DNA of 64,000 bases from the human T2T-CHM13v2.0 reference genome, Homo sapiens. The DNA lies in assembly GCF_009914755.1 (NCBI RefSeq), contig NC_060941.1. The stretch is one strand, 5' to 3'. The notes under the pieces are model-generated. The model searched no databases, was not told the origin of the DNA, and saw only the letters and a list, made by a program, of their open reading frames with translations. Positions 1 to 27,128 of this stretch are shown here, one piece after another. A program made the position numbers and the translations under genes. Each line of letters starts with the position of its first letter. Position 1 is the first letter of the stretch.

Positions 1-279
<279 letters not shown>

Positions 280-751
280 TTATCTAGAAGTGGAGGTAGG
301 AGGAGAATGAAAAATAACAAAATTCTGGAAGCTCATGTTTATGTCTAAATTTCTCTCCCCTCCTCTCTTTGGCTCCTTTCCAGCCTAGGGCACATTTTCT
401 TAGTGACAGCTGATCAGGAGGATGAAGTTGACATGGCGCCAGGACCGTCTGTTGGCCACCTCCCCACAATGCACTATTCTCCTCTTCCTGCACCACACCC
501 TCCTCCAGAAGCACCTCCAGACTCTCAGAGCCCTGGGGTCTTGTCCTGCTTCAACTCTGCTTCCTGGAACCCTAGTTCTGTTTTCAGGTAGTGTTGGAAT
601 CCATCCATTAGCCTGGAAGTAATTACATTCCCTCTTCTGGGATAACCTTGACTCTCTCTTGCGCTCCTTCAGTGACCAGGGCAAGTAGGCAATAGCATAG
701 GAAAAGACCTTGGGCCTCAGACAGCATAGACCTTAAGTGTCCCCGCCATTA

Positions 752-1130
<379 letters not shown>

Positions 1131-2057
1131 TCACAATGCATGCAAAAAGCAAATCATCACATTATACACCTTAAATATATACAAGTTTTATTTGTTAGTG
1201 ACACTTCAATAAAGCTTAGGGAAAAAAGAACTGGGGTTTCACAAAGTGACTCCAATTATGCGTTAATCAGCTGTGAGAACTTAAGAGGTTACTGACCTCT
1301 TCACAGTGGAGGTGGGAAGTTATTCCTCCCAGGAAGATAGCTTTCTGTGTTCTTTGAGGATTAAATGGGACTCTGCCCCCCGAGTACTATCATCAGGCCA
1401 AGCGCAGAGAAGGCACACGGGAAATACCTGCATCCCTACTCCTTTACCCAATCTCTGCACACTTCAGAGTTGAGAATCTGCAAAGAGCTCATTCTGCCAG
1501 GTAGGATGGTGAAACATATGACTTCAAATGCTACTTTAGATTATGGCTTTGCCTACAATGTTGAGAAAGCAAAGACGGGCTGCTATCCTACCTCGCATTT
1601 TACAATATTTAAGCCACCTTGCACAGCTTCCTGCCGCCCTGTCACTGCTTAATTAAACAGAAGTGGCCACGCATCCAAATCCTTTAGAGGTAAACCCTTT
1701 CAACAGCTGCTGCTGCTTTGATCACTCCTGGGATAACTTTGAAGAATGTTCTGTCAAAGGGAGCAATTTGCTGGGAAGAGCAGCCCCTGTACTTCCATCC
1801 TGGCAGGTTTTTATTACAAACTGCATTTGCATGGAAACAGGATTTGTTCTTGGTTCCAAAGCAGGTCAGGTTTATTATCCCCAAATACATCCATTACTCT
1901 CCCTAGTCATTACAGGTGACATTGGCAACATGGGGAAGGCGAAGGGGGGCAGTGCCAGCTTCTGAGGGTTTAAGGAGAGATTGGATACAGATTGCCTGTG
2001 GACTTCAGGACATCTCTACGAGGGGAGGAGGGGGAGAAAGGGGAATAATCCCCATAG

Positions 2058-2370
<313 letters not shown>

Positions 2371-2904
2371 CAGGGCTGTTTCATTTTCAATTTGCAGTGG
2401 GATCCCAAGTCTTTGAATGTTTTTCTGTGCCAAAATTTTAAAATATTAATACAGAAGATGCCACTTCCTAGTCCTAGGTAGGGAGAAGGAACACAGGAAA
2501 GAGGAAGATGGAGTAGTAACTGATGTCAGCAAAGCATGTGGCATTATATGCTGCAATGTGTGCCCCAAAGACAGCGATTCCTGTAAAAGGAATGAGAGAG
2601 GGAGGGAGCAGGCCTGCTGGAAGATCACACAGATGAGTCCATAATCTCAAAGCAAGTGGGGCACTAGGGGGCGGGGTGGGGGGTGTAGGGGTATGGGGAA
2701 GGCTCGGGAAATCAAGCCACTGGGTGCACTTGGAGGAAAGAGGGGTGCTTCTAGGAAGCTACGACCACACATTAGAAAGACTGGAGGGCCAGACACCACA
2801 TTCGTATAGAGGCTGCATCTGTCTGAGAGGATCACCCAGTGCTTGACTGGTGTGTGTTTTGTACTCTGTGCTTTTCTGTGTTTTTCTTTCTCTCTCTCTC
2901 TCTT

Positions 2905-3202
2905 TTTTTTTTTTTTTTTTTTTTGAGACAGTCTCACTCTGTCGCCCAGGCTAGAGTGCAGTGGCACAATCTTGGCTCACTGCAACCTCCACCTCCCCAC
3001 TTCAAGTAATTCTCGTGTCTCAGCCTCCTGAGTAGCTGGGATTATAGGCGTATGCCATCATGCCTGGCTAATTTTGTGTTTTTAGTAGAGATGGGGTTTC
3101 ACCATGTTGGACAGGCTGGCCTCAAACTCCTGACCTCAAGTGATCCACCCGCCTTGGCCTCCCAAAGTGCTGGGATTACAGGTGTGAGCCACCACAGCCT
3201 GC
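2905..3202 (-). mobile_element. Alu
   Basis: Alu consensus; TSD ttttctgtgttttt. Confidence 0.95.
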
Positions 3203-3398
3203 CTTTTCTGTGTTTTTCAAGTGATCTTTGTTGAGCACGCAATTATTTTTGTAATGAAAAAAAAATTTTTTTTGTTTTATTTTTAAAAGAAGACATGTAT
3301 TCCTAAGAGCATGGTCACCAAGGAAGTGGGTTCAGGTTGGGAGTGGGCGCTGGGAAGACGGCAGACAAGCAAGACTTCTTTTGAAATGTATGAGTGGC

Positions 3399-4144
<746 letters not shown>

Positions 4145-5187
4145 GGAAGGAAGAAAATGGAAAAAAAGGAACAGGGCAGGATGAGGACTGGGTCCTACCC
4201 ACCAACAGGAAGTGGTACGATTGTGGCTCATCTATTCCAGCTCTTGTTGCCTGCTGCATACCAAAAACGAAACTGATCTTGGAGAAAATGCCTGGGCATC
4301 CTGTTTAAATGCAGATTCCTAGGCCCTCGTGATTCACTTAGTTACAAAGTATGTGGTTTGGATCAATTTTTCAGGCCATCCTTGCAAGGGTAATGTTTGA
4401 GGACCAGCGGAGAGGTAACAAAAGACAGAGAAACAACCAATGATGAGGGATCTGTGAGCAAACTGAGCTGATTATATAAAAGAGAGGGGCCGTTTCTGTC
4501 TTGGTGATTACAGGAAGACTTTGCTGAGAACTGGAGTGGGTGTGGAGCTTGTATGCTTTGGGGACAGACAGACCTGGCTCTGCCACTTACTAACAGATAA
4601 TTTTGAGCAGAACAATAGCCTATCTGAGCCTTAGTTCCTTAACTGTAAGCTGGAGATTCTAAAACTCACCTTGCAGAATGCTTCTGAAGAATATATGAAT
4701 ACAACTCTGTGGCATTTATACTCATAACCCAGTTATCAATGTTCTGAGCCCTTGGCAGTGCATTATTGAGTCTTTTCCTAGGATTTATCTTCCCCAGAAT
4801 CTTCTGGGAATGGGGGTAGAATCTGAGTAAGGTCACTTTACCTCCTGGGATCCTCACAGGTTGAGGGGTTGCCATACATTTGGTCAGAGCTGTCCCCTGT
4901 AGCATCCCTCTTCTCCTGCAGTATCTTTTCCTCCAATGACCCCTGTCATTCAACTTCCCACAGTTCACTGCCACCTGCTGCTGACCGTCTCTGGACCCTA
5001 GACTTCTGGCCTAGCTCCTGCAGGCCACCTGGTTCTATTGTGATTCCCCATCCCTGGTCAGCAGTTTTGCTTGACCTGCTGTTCTGTGGTGAGGACCACA
5101 GAAGGGATGTTGTAAGCTAGGAATGTGATTCTCCCCCTCATACTGTAACCCTCTTTTTCCCAGAGCACACAGGTACCTTGAGGAAGA

Positions 5188-5552
5188 TGGATTAGTCTGT
5201 CCTCATGCTATTAATAAAGACATACCCAAGACTGAGTAATTTATAAAGGAAAAGAGGTTTAATGGACTCACAGTTCCACATGGCTGGGGAGGCTTCACAA
5301 TTATGGTGGAAGGCAAAGGAGGAGCAAAGGCATGTCTTACATGGCAGCAGGCAAGAGAGCACATGCAGGGGAACTGCCCTTTATAAAACCGTTAGATCTC
5401 ATGAGACTTGTTCACTATCGTGGGAACAGCATGGGAAAATCCTGCCCCCTTGATTCAATTACCTCCCACTGGGTCCCTCCCACAACACATGGGGATTGTA
5501 GGAGCTACAATTCAAGATGAGATTTGGGTGGGGACACAGCCAAACCGTATCA
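5188..5552 (-). mobile_element. THE1/MST-type MaLR solo LTR
   Basis: Reverse THE1 consensus ending GGGGACACAGCCAAACCGTATCA; near-TSD gaaga/gaagg. Confidence 0.88.
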
Positions 5553-6349
5553 GAAGGCAAGAGTGGAGAGTGTCACATGAATTAGACATGGCGAGGTATG
5601 CTGAACTCTTATTGTCCCTGGGACCTAGCACCCATTGACCTTCATGGCCCCTACTCAGGTTTTGTGAGCCATATTTTCTCTCCCCGTTTTCCAGCCTTTT
5701 CTTGGACCCGAGGCCGTCTGTGCAATCTGAGTAGATGGGCTTGCTAACTCTCATAGAATGCTCTGGGATGTGGGCATGAATACCCTACCATGTTCTTTGG
5801 TTTGCATGAAGCTCAGGAGCTCTATAGGTAAGAATGCAAACCCTGTCTACAACTAAAGTTCAGAAGTGTTTGGGCCTGTCTGTTGAAAGGGTGGAGAAGT
5901 GGGACAGGAACAGACTGTGACAGACCTTACCTATCATATAAAGATGTTTGTCCTCTCTTCTGTGTGTAACTGAATTGGGCAAGACCTTTGGGAGGACCAT
6001 GTTTTGCTGGTAATATAACCAGCCAACATCTCCATTCCCAACCCAAGCCCCATGCTGTTCAGTATTGCTAGAGAAAATCTTATAACCTTGTACATAGGTG
6101 ATGGCCCCCAAGTTCACACTCTCCAACCACTTCTGGGCTCCAGATATTAGGCAGTAATCTCACGTGTTCACTGCTTCCTCATTTCCCTCAAGTTTGGGGG
6201 AACTCTCCTAACTCTCCAAGCCCTTAGCTCCTATTCCCTCTTCTACTGCTCCCCAGAGAAGATAGAAGAAATTAGTAAGTTAATAAGCTGATTCTCAAGA
6301 TGCATATGGAAAGGCAATGGATGCATATGGAAAGTCTCAAAAAAAAAAA

Positions 6350-7612
<1,263 letters not shown>

Positions 7613-8461
7613 ACCTAAGGCCCTTGCCCTGCCTTTCCCTCTCCCATATTCTGTTTCCTTCCACAAGAAGCTACCTTCTATGTCCCCAGATTTAGCATAT
7701 GACATCAAACCCATTTGCTTGTCTCCTCCACTGGATATTGTATATTGCTCCGTGGGAGCGGCACCTTATTGGCCTTGAATCCAGTGTGGGATTCCAGGTT
7801 GGCCTGCCTCCAGCTTCCCCATTACAACCGTCTCCATTCAGGGCAAAACGAGGGCCTTCCCCACGTTCCATTATGAAGCGTTCCCACTCCTCTGCCTGCT
7901 TTTGAGTCTCTGCCCAATGCAAATGATGGTGGCTGACTCCCTTGCCACCATCCTTGCATGCCCAATATGCCCAACAGGCATGCAAAGGTGCCTCATAGAG
8001 ATTCGTGGTTAAACTGCACAGCCGAGTGCACCTTCTCGCTTTGTCCACCTGAAAAATTATTTCTCATCCTTTCAGATCTGGCTCCAGGGTGAGCCCTAGA
8101 GTCATCTCCTGACCCCCACTCCCAGGCTGGAGCAGGAGGCCCCCAGCATTTTTTGGTATACCTATGTCTAACATCCTGAGAAGCGTGCTTTCCCAAGGTT
8201 GGGGTTGCGTTTTTCATTCCCTATTCCCAGCAAGAAATACAGGGTCTCGAACTGAGTAAATGCCCAGAAAGAATTTGTTGTATGGATGGTCCTGAGACAA
8301 AAAGAGCTCTCAGATCCTTCCTGCTCCGTCCATATGCACCCTGTACACACCCACATCCACCGCCATACCCACCTACTGCCAATGCCTGCAGTCACTCCCT
8401 GTTGTATGAGTGTCTCCAAACACAATGCAAGGGAAGCCCCACTTGCTGTCTTTCTGTCACA

Positions 8462-8520
8462 GTGTGTGTGTGTGTGTGTGCGCGCGCGCGTGCATGCGCG
8501 TGTGTTTTTATATATATATA
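8462..8520. repeat. (TG)n(CG)n...(TA)n compound microsatellite, Z-DNA-prone
   Basis: gtgtgtgtgtgtgtgtgtgcgcgcgcgcgtgcatgcgcgtgtg alternating purine-pyrimidine. Confidence 0.85.
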
Positions 8521-8846
8521 TAACATTTACCACCTTTTAAAAACTGCTTTCAGCCGTATGCTTTCCTCTAACTAACCATTGCTGTTTCCCTCCTTTTCTC
8601 AGCTAAGCTCCTGGAAAGAACTGACTCCACTTGCCATCTCTACCACCTCTCATCCAAGCCGCCTTCCTCCTCAACATGCTGCCATCCGCCTTCTACCCAC
8701 GCCACTTTGCCAGGCCCCAGTGACTTCCTGGATGTTCAATCTAACATTCACTTTTCAGTTCTCCTCTTCCATAACCTTACTTCCTTCATGCCCCTACCTA
8801 TGAGACCCTCTCTCCTCTTGCCAAGCAGGCTTTCCTCCCTGCTACT

Positions 8847-10180
8847 TTCTTTCTCTCTCTCTCTCTCTCCCCCCCATCTCTCTCTCTCCCCCCGTCTCTC
8901 TCTCTCTCCCCCCGTCTCTCTCTCTCTCCCCGTCTCTCTCTCTCTCCCCGTCTCTCTCTCTCTCCCCGTCTCTCTCTCTCTCCCCGTCTCTCTCTCCCCC
9001 CCATCTCTCTCTCCCCCCGTCTCTCTCTCTCTCCCCGTCTCTCTCTCCCCGTCTCTCTCTCTCTCCCCGTCTCTCTCTCCCCCCCATCTCTCTCTCTCCC
9101 CCCGTCTCTCTCTCTCTCCCCGTCTCTCTCTCTCCCCGTCTCTCTCTCTCCCCCCATCTCTCTCTCCCCCCATCTCTCTCTCTCTCCCCGTCTCTCTCTC
9201 TCTCCCCGTCTCTCTCTCTCTCCCCGTCTCTCTCTCTCCCCGTCTCTCTCTCTCTCCCCGTCTCTCTCTCTCCCCCGTCTCTCTCTCTCCCCGTCTCTCT
9301 CTCTCTCCCCATCTCTCTCTCTCCCCGTCTCTCTCTCTCTCTCCCCCCGTCTCTCTCTCTCTCCCCGTCTCTCTCTCTCTCCCCGTCTCTCTCTCTCTCC
9401 CCGTCTCTCTCTCTCTCCCCGTCTCTCTCTCCCCGTCTCTCTCTCTCTCTCCCCGTCTCTCTCTCTCTCTCCCCGTCTCTCTCTCTCCCCGTCTCTCTCT
9501 CTCTCTCCCCGTCTCTCTCTCTCTCTCCCCGTCTCTCTCTCTCTCTCCCCGTCTCTCTCTCTCTCTCCCCGTCTCTCTCTCTCTCTCCCCGTCTCTCTCT
9601 CCCCGTCTCTCTCTCTCTCTCCTCCGTCTCTCTCTCTCCCCCGTCTCTCTCTCTCTCTCCCCCGTCTCTCTCTCTCTCTCTCCCCCGTCTCTCTCTCTCT
9701 CCCCGTCTCTCTCTCTCTCTCCCCCGTCTCTCTCTCTCTCTCTCCCCCGTCTCTCTCTCTCTCCCCGTCTCTCTCTCTCTCTCCCCCGTCTCTCTCTCTC
9801 CCCGTCTCTCTCTCTCTCTCCCCGTCTCTCTCTCTCTCTCCCCCGTCTCTCTCTCTCTCTCTCCCCCCGTCTCTCTCTCTCTCTCCCCGTCTCTCTCTCT
9901 CTCTCCCCCGTCTCTCTCTCTCTCTCTCCCCCCGTCTCTCTCTCTCTCTCTCCCCCCGTCTCTCTCTCTCTCTCCCCGTCTCTCTCTCTCTCTCCCCCGT
10001 CTCTCTCTCTCCCCGTCTCTCTCTCTCCCCGTCTCTCTCTCTCCCCGTCTCTCTCTCTCTCTCCCCCGTCTCTCTCTCTCTCCCCCGTCTCTCTCTCTCT
10101 CTCCCCGTCTCTCTCTCTCTCTCCCCCGTCTCTCTCTCTCTCTCCCCCGTCTCTCTCTCCATCTCTCTCTCTCCGTCTCT
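8847..10180. repeat. ~1.3-kb polypyrimidine tandem array, unit C(4-6)G(TC)n
   Basis: Directly visible; dozens of ~14-22-nt units, nearly all with one CpG; a few CCCCA variants, mostly on the left. Confidence 0.97.
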
Positions 10181-10215
10181 GTGTGTGTGTGTGTGTGTGT
10201 GGGTGTGTGTGTGTG
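10181..10215. repeat. (GT)n microsatellite between the TC array and an Alu tail
   Basis: Visible. Confidence 0.95.
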
Positions 10216-10216
10216 A

Positions 10217-16902
<6,686 letters not shown>

Positions 16903-19657
16903 TTAAGTTCTATTTAAATGGGCTCATTATTGAAGGAGCACTAAAGTGAGCGCTTCTGCAGGGTCACACTGTGAGGCCAAGCCTCATCTCCCCAGACACC
17001 TGCCCTGGCAGGTCATGTTAGGATCCTACAACGTCCTTACCCATCTCTACTGGGAGTGAAGACACCTCCTAAGTCTTGAATCCAATTATTCAAAAGAGTC
17101 CAGTGTTCCAACAGGCTAGAAACAAAGCCTAGAACTGTCATGCTTTGCAACCCCAAGTAAAAGGGTCTTGCCAGGGAGAAAGATTGAGTGTCTGAAGTGG
17201 TATGGAGAAATTAGGTTTCAGTGGCAGGCACAGGGACAATCTGTCAGATCTGGCTGCTGGAGAGTGAGGTGGGAGAGAGCCAGGGAGGGGGAGGAGGAGC
17301 AGCCGTTTGTAGGCTGTGAGGGCGAGAGGAGACACATGAATGACTCGGGGGCGGGGGCGGGGGCAGGGCTCCCATTCCCCCTCACCAGGCCGGCCATCTG
17401 CTCTGGGGCCTCAGGCAGGCGGGTACCATGAAGCTTGGGGACTGGCAGCCCAACCAGCAAACAAAGCCAACAAGCTGGCTCCGCTACAAGGGAGCAAGAA
17501 GAAGCCAGCAGGGAAGTCTTACTTTTGGAAAGTGGCCAGGTCCCATCACGAGGGCCTCACCTGGCTGAACAAAGTCCCTCCTGGTCCCACGACTGGAACC
17601 CATTCCGATGCCCATGGGCTCTGTGGAGTCACCTCCTGTGTCAAAGAAGGAAAACCCACCCTTTCAGCCTTACAGAAACGTTTGTAGCCCTCAGCAAAAG
17701 CATCCTTTGCGGCTTTAGCATTCAGCCTCCAAACAGGCACTAAGTGCTACCCCGCCACCCCCAGATAGCTTTTCAAGACCCTTTTCCAAATCCATTTGTC
17801 TTTGCAGAATCCACTCCCTTTGCAGAATTGACATCTGCCCTCAATGACTTCTCACCTGGGCCTCTAGCAATCTCATGCCTGCCTCTTCCCAAGAAGGGCA
17901 CCCTGATCTCGGATAGAGGAGATTCTCTTTGTCAGTGAGGCCAGAGAGAGGAAAGCCACCATGAGAAGGGGAGACAGAAAACGCCAGGATCTGGATTCCA
18001 AGGCACTGCCATCATCCTGATTCTAACAGGGCAGCATCGCATCCCCAGATGGGCAGGAGGATGGGGAGGGGAGTGAGAAAAGAGAAAAGAAAGGCCTTGG
18101 GATGGACGTTTGGGCCCCATCCTGCAAGGCCGGGTGCCGAGCTCGCAGAGGCCGCCCCGGAGGTGAGTTCTGTGCGCTCACCCCACCCCGGGGCCGGCTA
18201 AGGAACTGCAGCCTCTTTGGAAACGTAATTGAACTATATCAGCTGCAGTGGCTGGATTCACTCCTGGTGTTTGCTTCTTCCGGGGAGCAGAGGCCCTTCA
18301 GCAGCAGAAATTCCTGACTCAGAAAGTGAGAGAGAGAAAGAAACAGGCTCTGTGATAAGAGATGGGACGCCGCTCAGCATGAAGACCCACCCACCCCCAA
18401 CTCCTGCCAACGCTGGGCCAACATCTCCACTTGGAAATCCTCTCTTCTGGGTCTGCACCTTCCCAAAGCCCTGTTAAATTTTAAATATTCTGTGTCCCGT
18501 TAGGGAGGAACTACCGTTTCGGCCACTAGCACAAGGAGACTAGGACGAGGAGAATTTCCAGAGCAAGGAGGAGCTATCCGTGGAGACGGGACAGGGTGGG
18601 AGCCTCACCCAGGTACCCAGCTGCTGGCAACACACAGGAACACAGACCCCAGGAGGGAAAAGGCCAGTGTGGTCAACTCTGGCCATGATTAAATTAGATC
18701 CTGACCTTCGTCGCTCTAATTACAACGAGGACCCGAATTACTGGTTCTGGCCCATTTGTGAAGTTGCTGCCCTTTCACAAGCTGTGAAACACCCATTCTA
18801 CAGGAACCAGTGCATCTTGCCAAAGGGAAGTGAGGTGAGGTGTCTACCCTGCTATCTCACTAGGAGAGGAGAGGTAGTTGAAGGGGATTTTCCTTATGAG
18901 AGAGAAAACTCTGGTTCCATCTGCTCATGGAACAGAGACTTCCAGGCCCCACGGCTGCACAAACCCTGCTCAGAATGCCCTCTGCCCAGATAACAGGGTT
19001 CCCAGGGTGATGGAGTGCAGTGTGAGTCCACAGTCTCCTCCCTGGGGGAGGAGAGCTCCTGAGTTGCTTGTGGCTTCACCCAGGACAGTCTTTCTCCCTT
19101 CCTGATCTAAAGTTTCTCCACATCAGAATCGAGACAGTTTAACTCTCAGAGGTTCTCGGCTCTAGCTCACATGAAAATCAACTGGGGAGCTTGAAAAAAT
19201 TACCTGGGCCCCATGCCAAAAATTAAATGAGAATAGCTAAGGACGGAGCCAGGGCACCCTTAGTTTTAAAATTCCCCAGGTGATTTTCCCATGTAGCAGC
19301 CTTGTCTCAAAGCCCTGACAGGTGCTCTCAGAGGGGCGTTCTGCCGCTGTGAGTCTATAAATCCCTCCCACCCCGCAGCAGCAGCTCCTCTTTTGGGGAA
19401 GAGGCTGCTCTTCTGATTAGGCTAATCAGGCAATTCAGCATTTGGTGGAGGGTGGGGGTGGAGGGAGTCACACAGCAGGAAAGCACCAGGCACTTCTGTC
19501 ACTTGGGTCATTCTGGAAGGGAGAGGAAAAAATTCTTCTAGGAGGCCTGGATGATTGTCAGAGCCTCAGAGAACTTGGAAACAATCCAGAACTCATCCAC
19601 AAAGACGTTCTTAGGATGGGAAAGTAACTGCCTGGAGAAGGGCTTAAAACAATTGTG

Positions 19658-22389
<2,732 letters not shown>

Positions 22390-23594
22390 TAAACAGTGAT
22401 ATGGTGACTGTACTCTATATTTTCCAAACTAAACATCAGGACCCATGGTATCAGAAAGGCTTTTACATGCTGACATTTCCATTTTCGTAAAATGCGGATG
22501 GTTTGTGGGGGACAAGGGAAATAACAGCTAAAAACAGGAGTGTCCCAGGAAGCCAAGGTACTACGATCACCATGCCGAGTATCTTCTCCCCCGCCCCCTC
22601 AAACCACCGGATATCTGATGTTCTCCACGGCAGAAGCATTGCTCTTTTCTCATCAATAGAAATGGCAGACCTCACCCTGGCATTCCCGTAAAGATGATAA
22701 AAACCACATTGGATGCTCAGACTGGTATCTAACACTCTCAAACACATCCAATCCTCCCCTCAGGGCTCTCTTGCTTTCCTCCAGGCTTAATTGCAATACT
22801 TACTTTCACCAAATTGATTGCAGACTAACAATTTCCCCCGTTTAATTTATTAAGCCACTCAGAGACATAATGACCTATTTGGGAGTTGTGTCTTCCCTGT
22901 GGAGCTCCTAGACTATGAACTCCTCTTGGCAAGAGTGAACCGAGCAGCCCCTCCCCATGGAAGGGGCTGGACACTGGCCTGGCCCTTTGTCCTCCTCCTT
23001 TTCTTAATTTCCTGCCACCTATTGTCTCTCTGATAACTGCTGACAGAGGGAAGGGTGCTATTTAATTGCTTTAAAGATATCAAACAAGCCAGTTAGAAGG
23101 TTATCTCCTCCCCAACCCCTCTATTTTTCTGGCTCAAGGTTTTGTTACTTAGTTACTAGCCAAGCTGCAGAGGAAGAAGAGGTAGCCCCATGTGGATTAC
23201 AGCTCAGACTTCATTCAGCAGATGGAGGGCAGAGTCAAAATAGCCTGGGGGAGCCAAAGGTGGAATAGGAACTCGAGGTTGGCCCCTGAGTGCTGCTGGC
23301 AGCCCAAACTGCTCTTTGGAGGCCTTCAAAGGTGGGGAGGGGAGAAGAGAGGAGGCATTCATTTTCTGGACAAAATCAACAATCATCCTAGATGACACAT
23401 TTCTGCTGTCAAGGTCCATGTTGTTCAGAGCCCACTCAGCCAGCTGCAGTAAGACAGGTGTGCCTAACGTGGGTGCATCAGTACTTTTTCCAGGCTGGGT
23501 CTGCCCTATGTGATAAGGAGGGGAAGGCTCGACAAGGAAAGTGCATGAAGGGGAATGTTGCTTTATTTGGTCATCCACATTAAAGAGCATACAG

Positions 23595-25166
<1,572 letters not shown>

Positions 25167-25903
25167 TTATTATTTTTTTTAATGAAACGTAAATCTGGTA
25201 TTAACAGTTTGAGAACTTTTAGGAAAGGAATTTGAGGGCAGAGTGGGCACTTCCTGGCTCTTCCTTCTTTTCCTGGAAACCAGTCAGATTACTGGTTTTA
25301 AACTGGAGGTGGCAACAGGCATTGTAGCAACTGTGTGGCCAGAGGATGCCGAGTTCCCCTGAGCACAATTCCACGATGCCCTCCTGATATTACTATTACC
25401 TCTCTGCCTCTCCCTCTTCCCACTGACGGTGAGCAGACACAGCCCTCTTCCAGTGAGCTAGTCACCCCAGCCCTTCCACTTGCATACACATGTCTAAAAG
25501 AGATGCTGGCTCCCAGATTGACTCCTGGAACTTAAGGCAATTGCAGCTCAATTTCCATCTCACCCTGAGCTCCAGGATGCCAAGATTTAAGCCCTATCAT
25601 GACCAACGTCTCAGAGAGAGATGGAAACTCCTGATCCCCATCTCACAGTGGGTACCCCAAGATACAGCTTGGCCCAGATAGAAGAGAGAGCTGGCTGCTG
25701 CTGTACCTGGTGGTTGCTTTTCCATGTCACTCATCTATCTCTAAGGCTCACCCCACCTGCCACACAGCTTCTGGACTTTTACTTTTCCCTGGTGAATTGG
25801 AAATCAGATAATAGGATGGACAAATCAAGGCAGCTCAGCTCACAGAGAAAGCTAGTTGGGGTTTGCTTTCTGTTTTCACATCCTCTAAAACTGTACTGAG
25901 GAT

Positions 25904-25904
<1 letters not shown>

Positions 25905-25948
<44 letters not shown>
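25905..25948. repeat. (TG)n microsatellite upstream of the SSTR2 promoter
   Basis: Visible. Confidence 0.95.
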
Positions 25949-25951
<3 letters not shown>

Positions 25952-26800
25952 CCTATGTACTTGGAGGAGGGTGAGGAAGGGGAGGCTGCAGGATTGATTA
26001 TGACTTATTAAACTATTGGAAAAGAGGCTGAATCATCACAGTCAAAAATAAACAGCTGCAACTCCATGCGACTCCCACTTCTTGCCTGTTCCCCTTTGCT
26101 CCCTCACAGCATGTAGGAGAGACTGTGCTGGGTCAGACCAGCAGGTGCTGACTGACGTGGCTACAGCAAGGGGACCACCTGTATGGCCGCTGCACCTCCA
26201 AGCTGTGGGACGCAGGGACAGCTGGGACCAGTCGACGTCCACTGGCCCTCTGATGGCTCCTAGGACTGAATCTTGGACTCCAGGTGCGGGTTTACACTCC
26301 CTGCGCTCATTGGGAACTGCATGGAGAAGCGCTATCCCCTGAGCCCTTTTTCTCCCTACTCTTAGCCTGGCCCTGCGCCCTGCGCCCGGGGCTGGCCCAC
26401 GGTAAACACAGCTTTGCTAACTTGTTTGGCTAAGGAAATCACAGAGGTCCCGGTATAAGTCTGGGTCACCCCGGCCGCCACTCCAGCTGCCTAGAATATA
26501 TGGGTGGAAGGGAATCGACTCTGTGAAATCAGAGGGAAAATAGCGCTTGTCCTTGCCATGAGTCTTGAGGAGACCGAAAACGCTTAACCTTTTACGCCCC
26601 CGCAGGCGGGTCCCCTCTCTCCCCGCTCCCCGGCTGTCTGTAAGCTCTGCCTGCGGCCACCCGCAGGCGTTTCAGCCGGTCTCACCCCTGTCCTTCTGCA
26701 GGACCCGGGAGGAGGGGTTGGGGGGGCGGAGCGAAGCCGCTGTGACGTAGCGGGAGGGGGGCGTGGGGAAATGTGCCGAGGGGCCCGGGCTGGCTGGGCC

Positions 26801-27079
26801 AGTCCCAGCGGCGCAGCCACCCATGCGCGCGCGCTCGCAAGACCACCAGCGCCCAGAGCCCCAGTCTGAGGCTTGGCGCCGGGGGTCTGCGGGCGAGGGG
26901 AGCTCTCTACGTGCGAGGGGCTAGCGGGAGCCGGCACAAGAGGGTCGAGGAGCCAGGAACCCCAAACGTCCGGCGCCAGGCGCTAGCCAAGCTGCTGCGC
27001 GCCCCGGCGCCCAGCTGGCTCGGGGACAGCCGCTGGGTGTCGGAGACCGGAGCTAGCGGATTGCAGCGGAAAAGCAAAG
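26801..27079 (+). other. SSTR2: SSTR2 non-coding exon 1 (5' end approximate)
   Basis: Lies in the CpG island and ends at a good donor AAG|GTGAGG (GT at 27080). Joining to 31020 gives the SSTR2 5'UTR as I recall it; the TSS position is from memory. Confidence 0.8.
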
Positions 27080-27084
27080 GTGAG

Positions 27085-27086
<2 letters not shown>

Positions 27087-27127
<41 letters not shown>
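27087..27127 (+). repeat. (GT)~20 microsatellite just after the SSTR2 exon 1 donor
   Basis: Visible, starting at about intron +8. Confidence 0.95.

Positions 27128-27128
<1 letters not shown>

Noticed and set aside
8847-10180. Repeat-spacer-like periodicity
   Set aside because: No unique spacers; it is a simple tandem repeat in mammalian DNA, not CRISPR
23204-23590. 128-aa minus-strand ORF and an AATAAA (23562-23567, -) as a continuation of the POLR3K retrocopy
   Set aside because: No recognisable homology, poly(A) remnant or TSD that I can confirm
26464-26476. Imperfect estrogen response element GGTCAcccCGGCC
   Set aside because: Two mismatches in one half-site; expected by chance in GC-rich DNA
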